From a virus (taxonomy: Duplodnaviria; Caudoviricetes): a DNA stretch of 54,346 bases. The position numbers and the translations under genes were made by a program. A model generated the notes under the pieces. The model had not been told where the DNA came from, made no database searches, and saw nothing but the letters and a program-made list of their open reading frames with translations. The DNA lies in the IMG/VR virus record IMGVR_UViG_3300032250_000088, positions 1-54,346 of that record; one strand, given 5' to 3'. Positions 46,085 to 54,346 of this stretch are shown here, piece after piece; position 1 is the stretch's first letter, and every line of letters begins with the position of its first letter.

Positions 46085-48025
46085 ATGGCAACATTAAATG
46101 GAATCACATTCACCGGAACTGGAGCGTTAACGCTGCCCAGCGGTACAACGGCTCAACGCCCCACACAGGCCAGCACACTGGTCAGTTTCACCACAGTAGG
46201 CACAACCAGTTGGACTGCTCCGGCAGGAGTTTACAGTGTTGAAGTGCTAGTTGTAGCAGGTGGTGGCGGTGGCGGGCGACACTCGGGCGGTGGCGGTGGC
46301 GGTGGCGGTGTAATCTATCGTCCATCATTTCCAGTAACACCCGGAACTGCATATACTGTTACAGTAGGGGCAGGCGGCAACGGACCCCCAGTGGGCACAT
46401 ATCCTGGAGTTCCAGGCGGCACAGGTACTAATGGTGGGAATAGTGTTTTTGGATCTTTAACAGCCATTGGCGGTGGCGCTGGCGGTTGGTACGGAGGCGA
46501 TGGGGCGGCAGGTGGCTCTGGTGGCGGTGCCACAGGGCATAGTCGTACTATTGGTGCTTCTAATGGTGCTGGTACAGCAGGACAGGGATTTGCAGGTGCT
46601 CCTAATAATCACGTTGCTGTAGGATATGTTGGCGGTGGTGGAGGTGGTGCTGGTGGTCCAGGAAAAGTTGGAATTCAACAAAATTTCAATAACACAGTTA
46701 CTGCCCTTGCCGGTGGCAATCGCGACCTCACTCAATATATCAGTGGCGGTGATGGCGGCCCAGGAGTATGGTATTCTATAACTGGACAAGAACGTGCCTA
46801 TGGTGGCGGTGGCGGAGGCAGTCCTCAATACGGCGATGCATATGCCGAGGGCGGCTGCGGTGGTTCAGGAGTAGGCGGTGATGGATCCCCTGGAATCTCT
46901 ACTACGGAAGGTAGTCAATATGGCTATGACGGTTTAGCCAACACAGGTGGTGGCGGCGGTGGTAGTCACTACAATGCTCCAGCAAGTGCATCTGCTGGTA
47001 GGTCAGGCGCCGGTGGCTCTGGTGTAGTCTACCTAAGATATAACTCCAATAACACTACAGGATCAGTGGGCGGAGCAGCTAGACACAATGCAGCTAGAGG
47101 CGTAGAATATGTAACAGGTGACGGTCGTTGGACCAGTTATGTAATGCCGTTCTTGACTAGAACTATTATCACTAATGCTTATGTGCAGGGTGGATACAAA
47201 GATGCTGTAGCTTGGAGGAACACCAATCGAACAGTCTGTGCCACTGATACCACAACTGATCTTGGACTACAACAAGAAGCTTCACATAACTATCACAGTG
47301 GCGCTTGCAGTAAAAACTTGGCCTATGTATTTGGAGCCCCAGGCGCCCACGGTACGGCATCAAACTATATCATTGCCTTTAACATGAGAACTGAACAGAC
47401 TTATACTTCAAGTGGCAGTAGATACATGGCCGTTGCCACTACAAACTGCGGTACAATGTTTAAAGAACACTACACTGCTTGGATCACGCAAATGGGATAC
47501 GGAACAGGTGTTGAAGAATTCAACATGAATACCGAAACATTGGTAGGCACTATCACCGGAGCAGTGGCAAATACAGCCGGATGGGCTATGAGCCACGAAA
47601 ATTATGGCATTGCTTACGGATCAAATGCCGATAGTCGTACTTTCCACTTTGCTACAAGAACAAGTGTAGCAAGACCGGGCACACATCCTAGCGCACACCA
47701 TCAGCAGAAATCAGTGCAATCAAAATTGATCAACGCCTATGCTGGCAACGAAGGTGACTATGCTGGTGGTAATAATTTCCGTAGAACCAATTTTTATACA
47801 GACATAACAAGTGGTACCATTAGTAAGCCAATTGGCAACTGCGGAGAAGAAAATTTTACTATAGGACAAGACCATCAATATATGCTGGGCATGTACAACG
47901 GATTACAAAACAACATCAGTTGGAGATTTAACTACGCTTCAGAAACTGGATATACTGGTGGGTCCAGTTTAGAACCCAAAGGCCAAGCCGGAATGAGTTC
48001 TGCTGTTTGTGCTTGGAGAGATTAA
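46085..48025 (+). CDS. Glycine-rich fibre protein with C-terminal propeller-like domain
   Basis: WTAPAGV..VEVLVVAGGGGGG...GGSGVVYLRY Gly-rich domain; C-terminus paralogous to next gene. Confidence 0.75.
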   Translation: MATLNGITFTGTGALTLPSGTTAQRPTQASTLVSFTTVGTTSWTAPAGVYSVEVLVVAGGGGGGRHSGGGGGGGGVIYRPSFPVTPGTAYTVTVGAGGNGPPVGTYPGVPGGTGTNGGNSVFGSLTAIGGGAGGWYGGDGAAGGSGGGATGHSRTIGASNGAGTAGQGFAGAPNNHVAVGYVGGGGGGAGGPGKVGIQQNFNNTVTALAGGNRDLTQYISGGDGGPGVWYSITGQERAYGGGGGGSPQYGDAYAEGGCGGSGVGGDGSPGISTTEGSQYGYDGLANTGGGGGGSHYNAPASASAGRSGAGGSGVVYLRYNSNNTTGSVGGAARHNAARGVEYVTGDGRWTSYVMPFLTRTIITNAYVQGGYKDAVAWRNTNRTVCATDTTTDLGLQQEASHNYHSGACSKNLAYVFGAPGAHGTASNYIIAFNMRTEQTYTSSGSRYMAVATTNCGTMFKEHYTAWITQMGYGTGVEEFNMNTETLVGTITGAVANTAGWAMSHENYGIAYGSNADSRTFHFATRTSVARPGTHPSAHHQQKSVQSKLINAYAGNEGDYAGGNNFRRTNFYTDITSGTISKPIGNCGEENFTIGQDHQYMLGMYNGLQNNISWRFNYASETGYTGGSSLEPKGQAGMSSAVCAWRD

Positions 48026-48029
48026 AAAA

Positions 48030-49070
48030 ATGGCAACCTTAAATAACACAACAATCAACGACACCGGATTTTTAACATTACCAGTAGACACCAACCCATC
48101 GGCAGGAGTTCAAGGCAGTTTAAGATATAATCCACGAGCTGGAAGATTAGAATACTATCATACTCGAGATGTAGCAAGATGGGAAAACCTAACTAACCCC
48201 TTTTTAACAAGATCTATCATAACTACAGGATACTTACACGGCGGTTATGCAGCCAGCACAGTGTGGAGTATTACCAATAGAGTTAGTTACATGACTGACA
48301 CTACCATCACATTAGGTGACGGAACTCAGGAAGCTGCACACAATTATCAAAGTAATGCGTGGAACAGAACTAGAAACTTTACTTGGGGCGCAAGCGGTGG
48401 ACATTGTGTAGCAGCCAATAACACCATATGTTTCAATATGAGAACCGAACAGTCTCAGACTTCCGGGTATACTAGAACATTCCCAGTCAGTCAAATCAGT
48501 GCTGGCACAGTACAACAAGAAGAATATTATGCATGGTGGCAGCACACTGGATATAGCGCAAACATATACGAATTTAATTTAACTACAGAAACTGGTTACA
48601 CTGCCTATGCTACGGCAACCATAGGAAGTTATCTAACAGGAATCAACGCCGAGAACTACGGAGTTTTTTGGCAAGCAGGAGCAGCACAAACTTGGACATA
48701 TGCTACGAGAACAGGTGCATCACGAGCTGGAACCCAACCTAGCGGTGACGGATATCAACATGCAATAGTTGCTAAACAAGGTTATGCCTATGCCGGCCGT
48801 GAAGGTAATCCAAGCACCAACTGGCGCAAAACCAATTTCTTTACCAATTCATCAGCAGATGGAATAGGGGCAAAGCCTTATTTTAGTGGCGAGGAAAACA
48901 CGTTTAGCGGACAGGATTGGGGCTATTGCATTGGATTCTATCAAGGTGTTCACGTTAATACAGCATTTAAATTCATTTACCCAACAGAAACACAAAGCGG
49001 TACTACCTCTAGTCTAGAAGCCAAAGGAAAAGTTGGTAATAGTTCCGCAACGATGAGCTGGCGAGACTAA
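48030..49070 (+). CDS. Putative receptor-binding protein, paralog of the preceding C-terminal domain (start corrected from 48009)
   Basis: MATLN start; PFLTRSIITTGYLHGGY vs PFLTRTIITNAYVQGGY; both end in WRD. Confidence 0.75.
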   Translation: MATLNNTTINDTGFLTLPVDTNPSAGVQGSLRYNPRAGRLEYYHTRDVARWENLTNPFLTRSIITTGYLHGGYAASTVWSITNRVSYMTDTTITLGDGTQEAAHNYQSNAWNRTRNFTWGASGGHCVAANNTICFNMRTEQSQTSGYTRTFPVSQISAGTVQQEEYYAWWQHTGYSANIYEFNLTTETGYTAYATATIGSYLTGINAENYGVFWQAGAAQTWTYATRTGASRAGTQPSGDGYQHAIVAKQGYAYAGREGNPSTNWRKTNFFTNSSADGIGAKPYFSGEENTFSGQDWGYCIGFYQGVHVNTAFKFIYPTETQSGTTSSLEAKGKVGNSSATMSWRD

Positions 49071-49074
49071 CAGT

Positions 49075-49082
49075 CATAAATA
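49075..49082 (+). promoter_or_regulatory. Late promoter (CATAAATA)
   Basis: Near-consensus late box before GAGG SD and ATG 49107. Confidence 0.6.
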
Positions 49083-49106
49083 TATTTTTATAAAAAAGAG
49101 GAATTT

Positions 49107-49958
49107 ATGCCAGATCGTATAATGGAATATCATTCAGATAGATTTAATAGTGAAATTAATTCTGACGTAAGTATGCTGTCAGATAGAGATAAAGAGTTAA
49201 TTAAAAAATCACTGAATAAAGAGTGGACTAATCCTAAGTTCAAACTCAAGTGGTTTGTGGGAAACGCTCAAATTACTCCTTTTGCAAAATTTCGCCAATG
49301 GTTATTGGAAATCAAAACCAAAGAAGAAGCCATCGAAAATATGGAATACGAATTAGCAAAACATCAGGTAGAAATTGAGCGTTTTAAAAGACTAAGAGAC
49401 GCATCTACAGATGATCTTGACAAAAGAATGGCTGAAATTGAAATGTGGAATCTTGAAAGATTGCACTATATGAGCAAGCGTAGAATTCAAGACTGGTACC
49501 TTGAGCGTCAACATTTGGTAGATTTACTTAAAGAATTTTTAGACAGCGATGAAGCCAAGTTAAAAGACGGCAGTGGTCGTACCTATATGGATATTATCGA
49601 TACTGAAGAAGAAGACAAGTTAGAAGCTGAAATCTGGACCAATAGGTTGGCCAAACAGGCCGCTTGTGATTTGATTTTCTACGGTAGAATTAACAGTGGT
49701 AATATGGATGCTATTCTTACCATGAGTGCAGAACAGCAAGCAGAAACATTAGCGTTAGGTCTAAATTTTGCTACCCAGTTGCAACAGTATACCAATAATC
49801 TACAATTAAAAATAGACGAAAAGTTAAAATTATCAAGCTCGTCAAACAACTATGATTTAGTAACACCTGCACCGTTGATAGATACGACAGAAAATGTTCA
49901 ATCCAAGTCTAACGGTTCTGTTCCGCCCGGAGGTCTTTTAGATGTATATAGTGTATGA
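49107..49958 (+). CDS. Hypothetical coiled-coil protein, 283 aa
   Basis: Long ORF, GAGG SD, helical composition. Confidence 0.75.
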   Translation: MPDRIMEYHSDRFNSEINSDVSMLSDRDKELIKKSLNKEWTNPKFKLKWFVGNAQITPFAKFRQWLLEIKTKEEAIENMEYELAKHQVEIERFKRLRDASTDDLDKRMAEIEMWNLERLHYMSKRRIQDWYLERQHLVDLLKEFLDSDEAKLKDGSGRTYMDIIDTEEEDKLEAEIWTNRLAKQAACDLIFYGRINSGNMDAILTMSAEQQAETLALGLNFATQLQQYTNNLQLKIDEKLKLSSSSNNYDLVTPAPLIDTTENVQSKSNGSVPPGGLLDVYSV

Positions 49959-50475
49959 GTCAATAGCACACACTGATCCAAGATTTGATCCAAGAATTAA
50001 AGAGATTGGAAAATTTTGGCATCACACAGTAGCATATATAGCTCCAGAAGACGAATCTTCTGTTATTACCGCTTGGCTTCACGGCGAACAAATTTCAGAA
50101 GATGTAGCCAAAGCCAATAAATTTGCCCATGCAAATTATGGAGAACTAACAGTTGTAAACAAGTTAGCAACTAACTATGAAGATATTATTAGTCCTACTA
50201 GCTATGGTAACAACGATTATAAAAAACAGATTTATTTTTTAACGCCACAAAATAAAACTGATTCAGTAACGTTTATTAAAATTGTTATGAAACAGTATGC
50301 CAATTCCAAGGCACCTGCGGATGTAGCAGCACAGCTAGTTGAAAAAATTGAAGCACTCGATGCCAACGATCTAGATGCAGCACAGTATTTTATGTATTGT
50401 TATTTTCCCTGGAGCATTGCAGCCACCGAAGGTCGTCCAAGAACAAGAGAATTTGAAGTACCCTGGTTACTATAA
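49942..50475 (+). CDS. Hypothetical protein, 177 aa
   Basis: GGAGG SD, overlaps upstream gene end. Confidence 0.7.
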   Translation: MYIVYESIAHTDPRFDPRIKEIGKFWHHTVAYIAPEDESSVITAWLHGEQISEDVAKANKFAHANYGELTVVNKLATNYEDIISPTSYGNNDYKKQIYFLTPQNKTDSVTFIKIVMKQYANSKAPADVAAQLVEKIEALDANDLDAAQYFMYCYFPWSIAATEGRPRTREFEVPWLL

Positions 50476-50537
50476 CCACTATTAACTTAATTCGATCACG
50501 CTACGGATAATTAATATTAACCTTAGCGTGATTTTTT

Positions 50538-52220
50538 ATGAGAAAAATTTTTAGCGTCCCACTTAACCCAAAACTAGCACCAAATCAATACATAGAGTTT
50601 TTTGAATTTTTAGAAGAATACAAAGACTTTATAAGAGATGTGTATTTTACATCTCGAATAGCTCCTTTCCATCAAGATGCAATGGGCGATATCTTCATGC
50701 TTCAAGAAGATTACGGTGTTGCTATTGATGCAGCATTGTATATTCAAGATAATCTAGGTATACCCATTAGTGCCACATTTAATAATATACAAGTTCCTCC
50801 TACTCAAAAAAATCTAGATATTTTTATCAAGAATTTTAAGCCGTTGTACGATAGGGGCATTCATAGTGCGACGATCCCACATACACATTGGATGGCCACA
50901 GGACAAATTAAAGCTGCCTTTCCTAAACTCTATGTAAAAAATACAATTTTAAGAGAAGTGCATACTGCTCAAGAAGTGGTTGATCTTGCAAAATACGGAT
51001 TTGACTATATCAACCTAGATCGCGATCTCATGCGTTCTCGTTCTACTTTGTTAGAAATAAAAAAAGCCAAAGCATATATTAAAAAAGAATTTGGCAAAGA
51101 CATCGCTATCAGCTTGCTGGCCAACGAAGGTTGCATAGGCGGATGTCCGATGATGACAGAGCATTTTCAATACAACAACACTCGTCAAGGCAATGACCCG
51201 CAGTACTTTAACGATCCAATAAGCCGTACCAGTTGTAAAAAATGGGATGTTGAAGATCCTAGTGTATTTTTAAAAACGGCAAATTTTACTCCATGGCGTG
51301 AAGACTGGGATGATTTTATTGACAACTTAGGCATTGACAGCATTAAAATGCACGGTCGTGAAGCTGTATCAAGACTTTACGAAACTATGGATGTTATAAA
51401 AAGATACGCTGCCAAGGAAGAGTTTTTGTTTCCTAGCTTTGATCAGTTTTTAAATGAAACCAATCTAGTAGAAAAACCTATTACAATATGGCGAGAAAAA
51501 ATTAGAGATTGTAAATTTGAATGTTGGGATTGCAATTTCTGTGATAAGCTCTACGAAAAGAAAAGTGACATTGCTCATTCTGAATTAACTAGGCACGTGG
51601 TCGAAGCAATTTCTAGATCAGGAATACCAACTACTAGAGTAGACATTCCTGGTCTTACTAGTCCTAGAGTTCAAACACTGTTAAACAACTTGGCTCAAGG
51701 TGTTGACACCTATATGGAGATTGGTTCTGCATTAGGAGCTACATTCTGTGCCACTATAAAAGACAATCCGTTGACTGCTATTGCTATCGATAATTGGAAA
51801 CAAAACATTCAACCCTCGACAAATAATATAGACGCACTTCCAGAAAATACTGTCCAGGCATTTATAGAAAATGTCAAAAAATACAAAGGCAACAGTGAGA
51901 TCACGATTTATGATCGAGACATGTTTGCTGTTGATCTAAGCATACATTTAAATCAAATCAAACTTTGGTTCTATGATGGCCCGCATGACTCTGCAAGTGT
52001 TAAACAGGCAATAGAATTTTACCATCCATGCTTTGCAGAGGAAGCAGTATTGGTATTTGATGATGCAAATTGGCAAGGGGTAGTTGACGGTGCAACAGCC
52101 GGTATAAATGCAAGCCAATTAAAAGTGCATTTTGAAAAACTAATGCTCAACGAAGAAGAAGACCCAAATGGTTGGTGGAACGGACTATACATAGTTGTTA
52201 TTTCAAAGAGGATTTCATGA
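50538..52220 (+). CDS. Peptidase-U32-family (Fe-S hydroxylation-type) domain fused to class I SAM methyltransferase
   Basis: INLDRDL, LLANEGCIGGCP, IKMHGRE, CKFECWDCNFC; C-terminal MEIGSALGAT, AIDNW, FYDGPH, LVFDD. Confidence 0.7.
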   Translation: MRKIFSVPLNPKLAPNQYIEFFEFLEEYKDFIRDVYFTSRIAPFHQDAMGDIFMLQEDYGVAIDAALYIQDNLGIPISATFNNIQVPPTQKNLDIFIKNFKPLYDRGIHSATIPHTHWMATGQIKAAFPKLYVKNTILREVHTAQEVVDLAKYGFDYINLDRDLMRSRSTLLEIKKAKAYIKKEFGKDIAISLLANEGCIGGCPMMTEHFQYNNTRQGNDPQYFNDPISRTSCKKWDVEDPSVFLKTANFTPWREDWDDFIDNLGIDSIKMHGREAVSRLYETMDVIKRYAAKEEFLFPSFDQFLNETNLVEKPITIWREKIRDCKFECWDCNFCDKLYEKKSDIAHSELTRHVVEAISRSGIPTTRVDIPGLTSPRVQTLLNNLAQGVDTYMEIGSALGATFCATIKDNPLTAIAIDNWKQNIQPSTNNIDALPENTVQAFIENVKKYKGNSEITIYDRDMFAVDLSIHLNQIKLWFYDGPHDSASVKQAIEFYHPCFAEEAVLVFDDANWQGVVDGATAGINASQLKVHFEKLMLNEEEDPNGWWNGLYIVVISKRIS

Positions 52221-53722
52221 TACATAGAGTTAGAAAAATAATTGTATTAGGCGGTGGTACTAGTGGCTGGTTAACTGCGGCCTATCTAGTAAAAAATTTA
52301 AAAATTCCTACAGAGGTCGTACTGATAGAAGATGCATCAACGGGACCTATCGGAGTAGGTGAAGGAACACAGCCATTTACTGCACAATTTCTTTATGACT
52401 GCGGAATTACCCCAGAGATGTGGATGAAAGACAGCGATGCTAGTTTTAAACTAGGAGTTGAATTAATAGGATGGAATCAAGATCCTTACTTTGTAGATAA
52501 TGACAGCTCGGATAATTGTGTAGTTGCTGAAAATTTGTATACTCCTGAATATTTTGTCAATAAGCCCTACGAAGAATTTAGCAAATGGCATCCAGCATAC
52601 AACCTAGCCAAGGCAAATAAATCTCTAAAAATTAAAGATCATTTAGATTTAAATTTTCAAATGGGGCAACAGGGTTTTGGTGCTGTTCATTTCAATGCCT
52701 ATAAGATTATAGATACTGTTAAAAAACTTATCGTCGATAAAATTACATACGTAGATACCAAAATTGAAAATATTGGAAAAGACATTCACGGAATCACCAA
52801 GCTAGTTGATAACAATGGCGTAGAATATAAAGCAGATCTTTATTTAGATTGTAGTGGTTTTCAAAGTCTGTTGATTGGAAAAACTCTAGAAACGCCTTTT
52901 CAAAGTTACGACGAGTGGTTGCCTAACGATCGAGCTGTGGTAATTCCTACGCAATATAAAAATCCGCAAGAAGAATGCCATCCTTATACAAAAGCAACAG
53001 CTATGAATTCGGGCTGGATGTTTACTATTCCAAACTTTAAACGCATCGGTAACGGTTATGTTTACAGCAGTAAGTTTATCAGCGACGAAGATGCTGAGAA
53101 AGAACTGAGAGAAAAGATAGGAGAATTTGAAGCTCCTGCAAGACTTGTAAAAATGAGATGCGGTTATCAGAAAGCAATTGCTGTAAAAAATGCCTGTGCT
53201 GTTGGACTCAGCGCAGGATTTGTTGAGCCTTTAGAAGCTACTGGTATTACATTCACTACCAGTATAGTAAAATCAATAACTGATCTTCTCAACATGTATA
53301 ATAATTTGTGGAATGAAGAAGTCAAGGCACATCTAAATAGAGGCTTTTATGAGATGTCTATAGAGATATTGACCTTTGTTTGGGCACATTATCATTTCAG
53401 CAATAAGAATGATACACCGTATTGGCAGCATATTCGATCAAAAAAAATAACTGACCTCCCAAAAGATAGTCAATTCGTTCTAGGATACTATTACCCTAAC
53501 CCTCCAAAATTCTTATTCTTTAGTGCTGCATCGATGTTTAATTGTGTGCAATGGTTCAGTATGATGCATGCCGGCGGCGCCTACAAAGATGTATCATGCG
53601 ACATCGATCCAAAAGTTAATGAATACTATGAATATTTTTTAGATACACTATCTTACAAAACTGAGAAGGCCAAGGAGTTATTTCCTAATCATTACGATTA
53701 CCTAAAAGAATGGTACAAATAA
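52217..53722 (+). CDS. Flavin-dependent halogenase (tryptophan halogenase PrnA-like); start corrected from 52172
   Basis: GGGTSGW, IGVGEGT, ASFKLG (catalytic Lys position), DCSGF, GWMFTIP, GYVYS, GFVEPLEATGI. Confidence 0.9.
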   Translation: MIHRVRKIIVLGGGTSGWLTAAYLVKNLKIPTEVVLIEDASTGPIGVGEGTQPFTAQFLYDCGITPEMWMKDSDASFKLGVELIGWNQDPYFVDNDSSDNCVVAENLYTPEYFVNKPYEEFSKWHPAYNLAKANKSLKIKDHLDLNFQMGQQGFGAVHFNAYKIIDTVKKLIVDKITYVDTKIENIGKDIHGITKLVDNNGVEYKADLYLDCSGFQSLLIGKTLETPFQSYDEWLPNDRAVVIPTQYKNPQEECHPYTKATAMNSGWMFTIPNFKRIGNGYVYSSKFISDEDAEKELREKIGEFEAPARLVKMRCGYQKAIAVKNACAVGLSAGFVEPLEATGITFTTSIVKSITDLLNMYNNLWNEEVKAHLNRGFYEMSIEILTFVWAHYHFSNKNDTPYWQHIRSKKITDLPKDSQFVLGYYYPNPPKFLFFSAASMFNCVQWFSMMHAGGAYKDVSCDIDPKVNEYYEYFLDTLSYKTEKAKELFPNHYDYLKEWYK

Positions 53723-54286
53723 ATGGTTGTACCTATTTTTTCTGCAGATTTTTTTCATCGAACCAAAGTTGGATTAGACAAAATATCTCAATTACAAGAA
53801 GAAATATTAACACTGCGCCAAGCTGAGCCCACAGTGGAACACACAAATGCCGGATGTTGGCGATCACCCCAGCGGTATAACATGCCTTGGTTAATGGATC
53901 AGGTTGTTTCTTTAGCTAATCAAGCTGTAGAATTTTATCAAAATACAGACTCTGTATTTCGCTCAACCTATAAAAATCGACCTCTTACCATTAATTATTG
54001 GACAAATGTAAATAGTCCGGGTTCTAGGAATGTGTTACACTCACATGCAGATAGTTGTTTTTCCTGTGTGTACTATATACAAGCAACTGGTACTGGGGAT
54101 TTAAGACTTTTAAATCCTGCAAACTTGTTAGGAAAATTAAATAGACACAGTCCTTTCTCGAGAGATTTTTATTTTAGCCCCACAGAAGGCGATTTAGTTT
54201 TGTGGCCAGCTTGGGTTCCCCACGAAGTAGAACCAAATTTATCAAACAAAGATAGAATAAACATCACCTTTGACATAACTGTATAA
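53723..54286 (+). CDS. 2OG-Fe(II) oxygenase (TIGR02466-like)
   Basis: WTNVN, HSH, SCVYY, EGDLVLWPAWVPHEV, RINITFD. Confidence 0.85.
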   Translation: MVVPIFSADFFHRTKVGLDKISQLQEEILTLRQAEPTVEHTNAGCWRSPQRYNMPWLMDQVVSLANQAVEFYQNTDSVFRSTYKNRPLTINYWTNVNSPGSRNVLHSHADSCFSCVYYIQATGTGDLRLLNPANLLGKLNRHSPFSRDFYFSPTEGDLVLWPAWVPHEVEPNLSNKDRINITFDITV

Positions 54287-54302
54287 AGATTAGGAATTTA
54301 AT

Positions 54303-54346
54303 ATGCCATTACATGAACTTAGAACAAATGAGTATTTTACATTTAC
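54303..54346 (+). CDS. Start of a further ORF truncated by window end
   Basis: AGGA SD, ATG, open to the end (MPLHELRTNEYFTF). Confidence 0.45.
   Translation, partial: MPLHELRTNEYFTF

Noticed and set aside
45214-49070. Diversity-generating retroelement acting on fibre tips
   Set aside because: No reverse transcriptase and no near-identical repeat pair differing only at adenines; the paralogs are diverged throughout
1034-54286. Stop-codon reassignment (no accepted gene ends in TAG)
   Set aside because: Long genes are intact in the standard code with no in-frame TAG, so this is stop-codon preference only

Overview
A 54-kb segment of a large T4-like (gp23/gp20/gp55-type) myophage genome; the host cannot be determined from this window. 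Left to right: minus-strand baseplate genes (gp5-like partial, hub-like, gp53-like, tube-fold); late sigma factor gp55, gp47/gp46 nuclease, a small basic protein and a stand-alone GIY-YIG nuclease; a ~550-nt non-coding, highly structured region; two likely internal head proteins; gp26/gp51-like genes linked by an apparent -1 frameshift; tape measure protein with a muramidase-like domain; head module (portal, glycosyltransferase-like gene, core, gp21, gp22, gp23); ~25 kb of modular, paralogous virion fibre/appendage genes; and a tailoring-enzyme cluster (U32-methyltransferase fusion, flavin halogenase, 2OG-Fe(II) oxygenase). Best leads: the pseudoknotted RNA-like element behind the GIY-YIG gene, the gp26-gp51 programmed frameshift, and phycobiliprotein-like CxRD domains in the giant virion proteins. 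All family calls are by eye from motifs; no searches were run.
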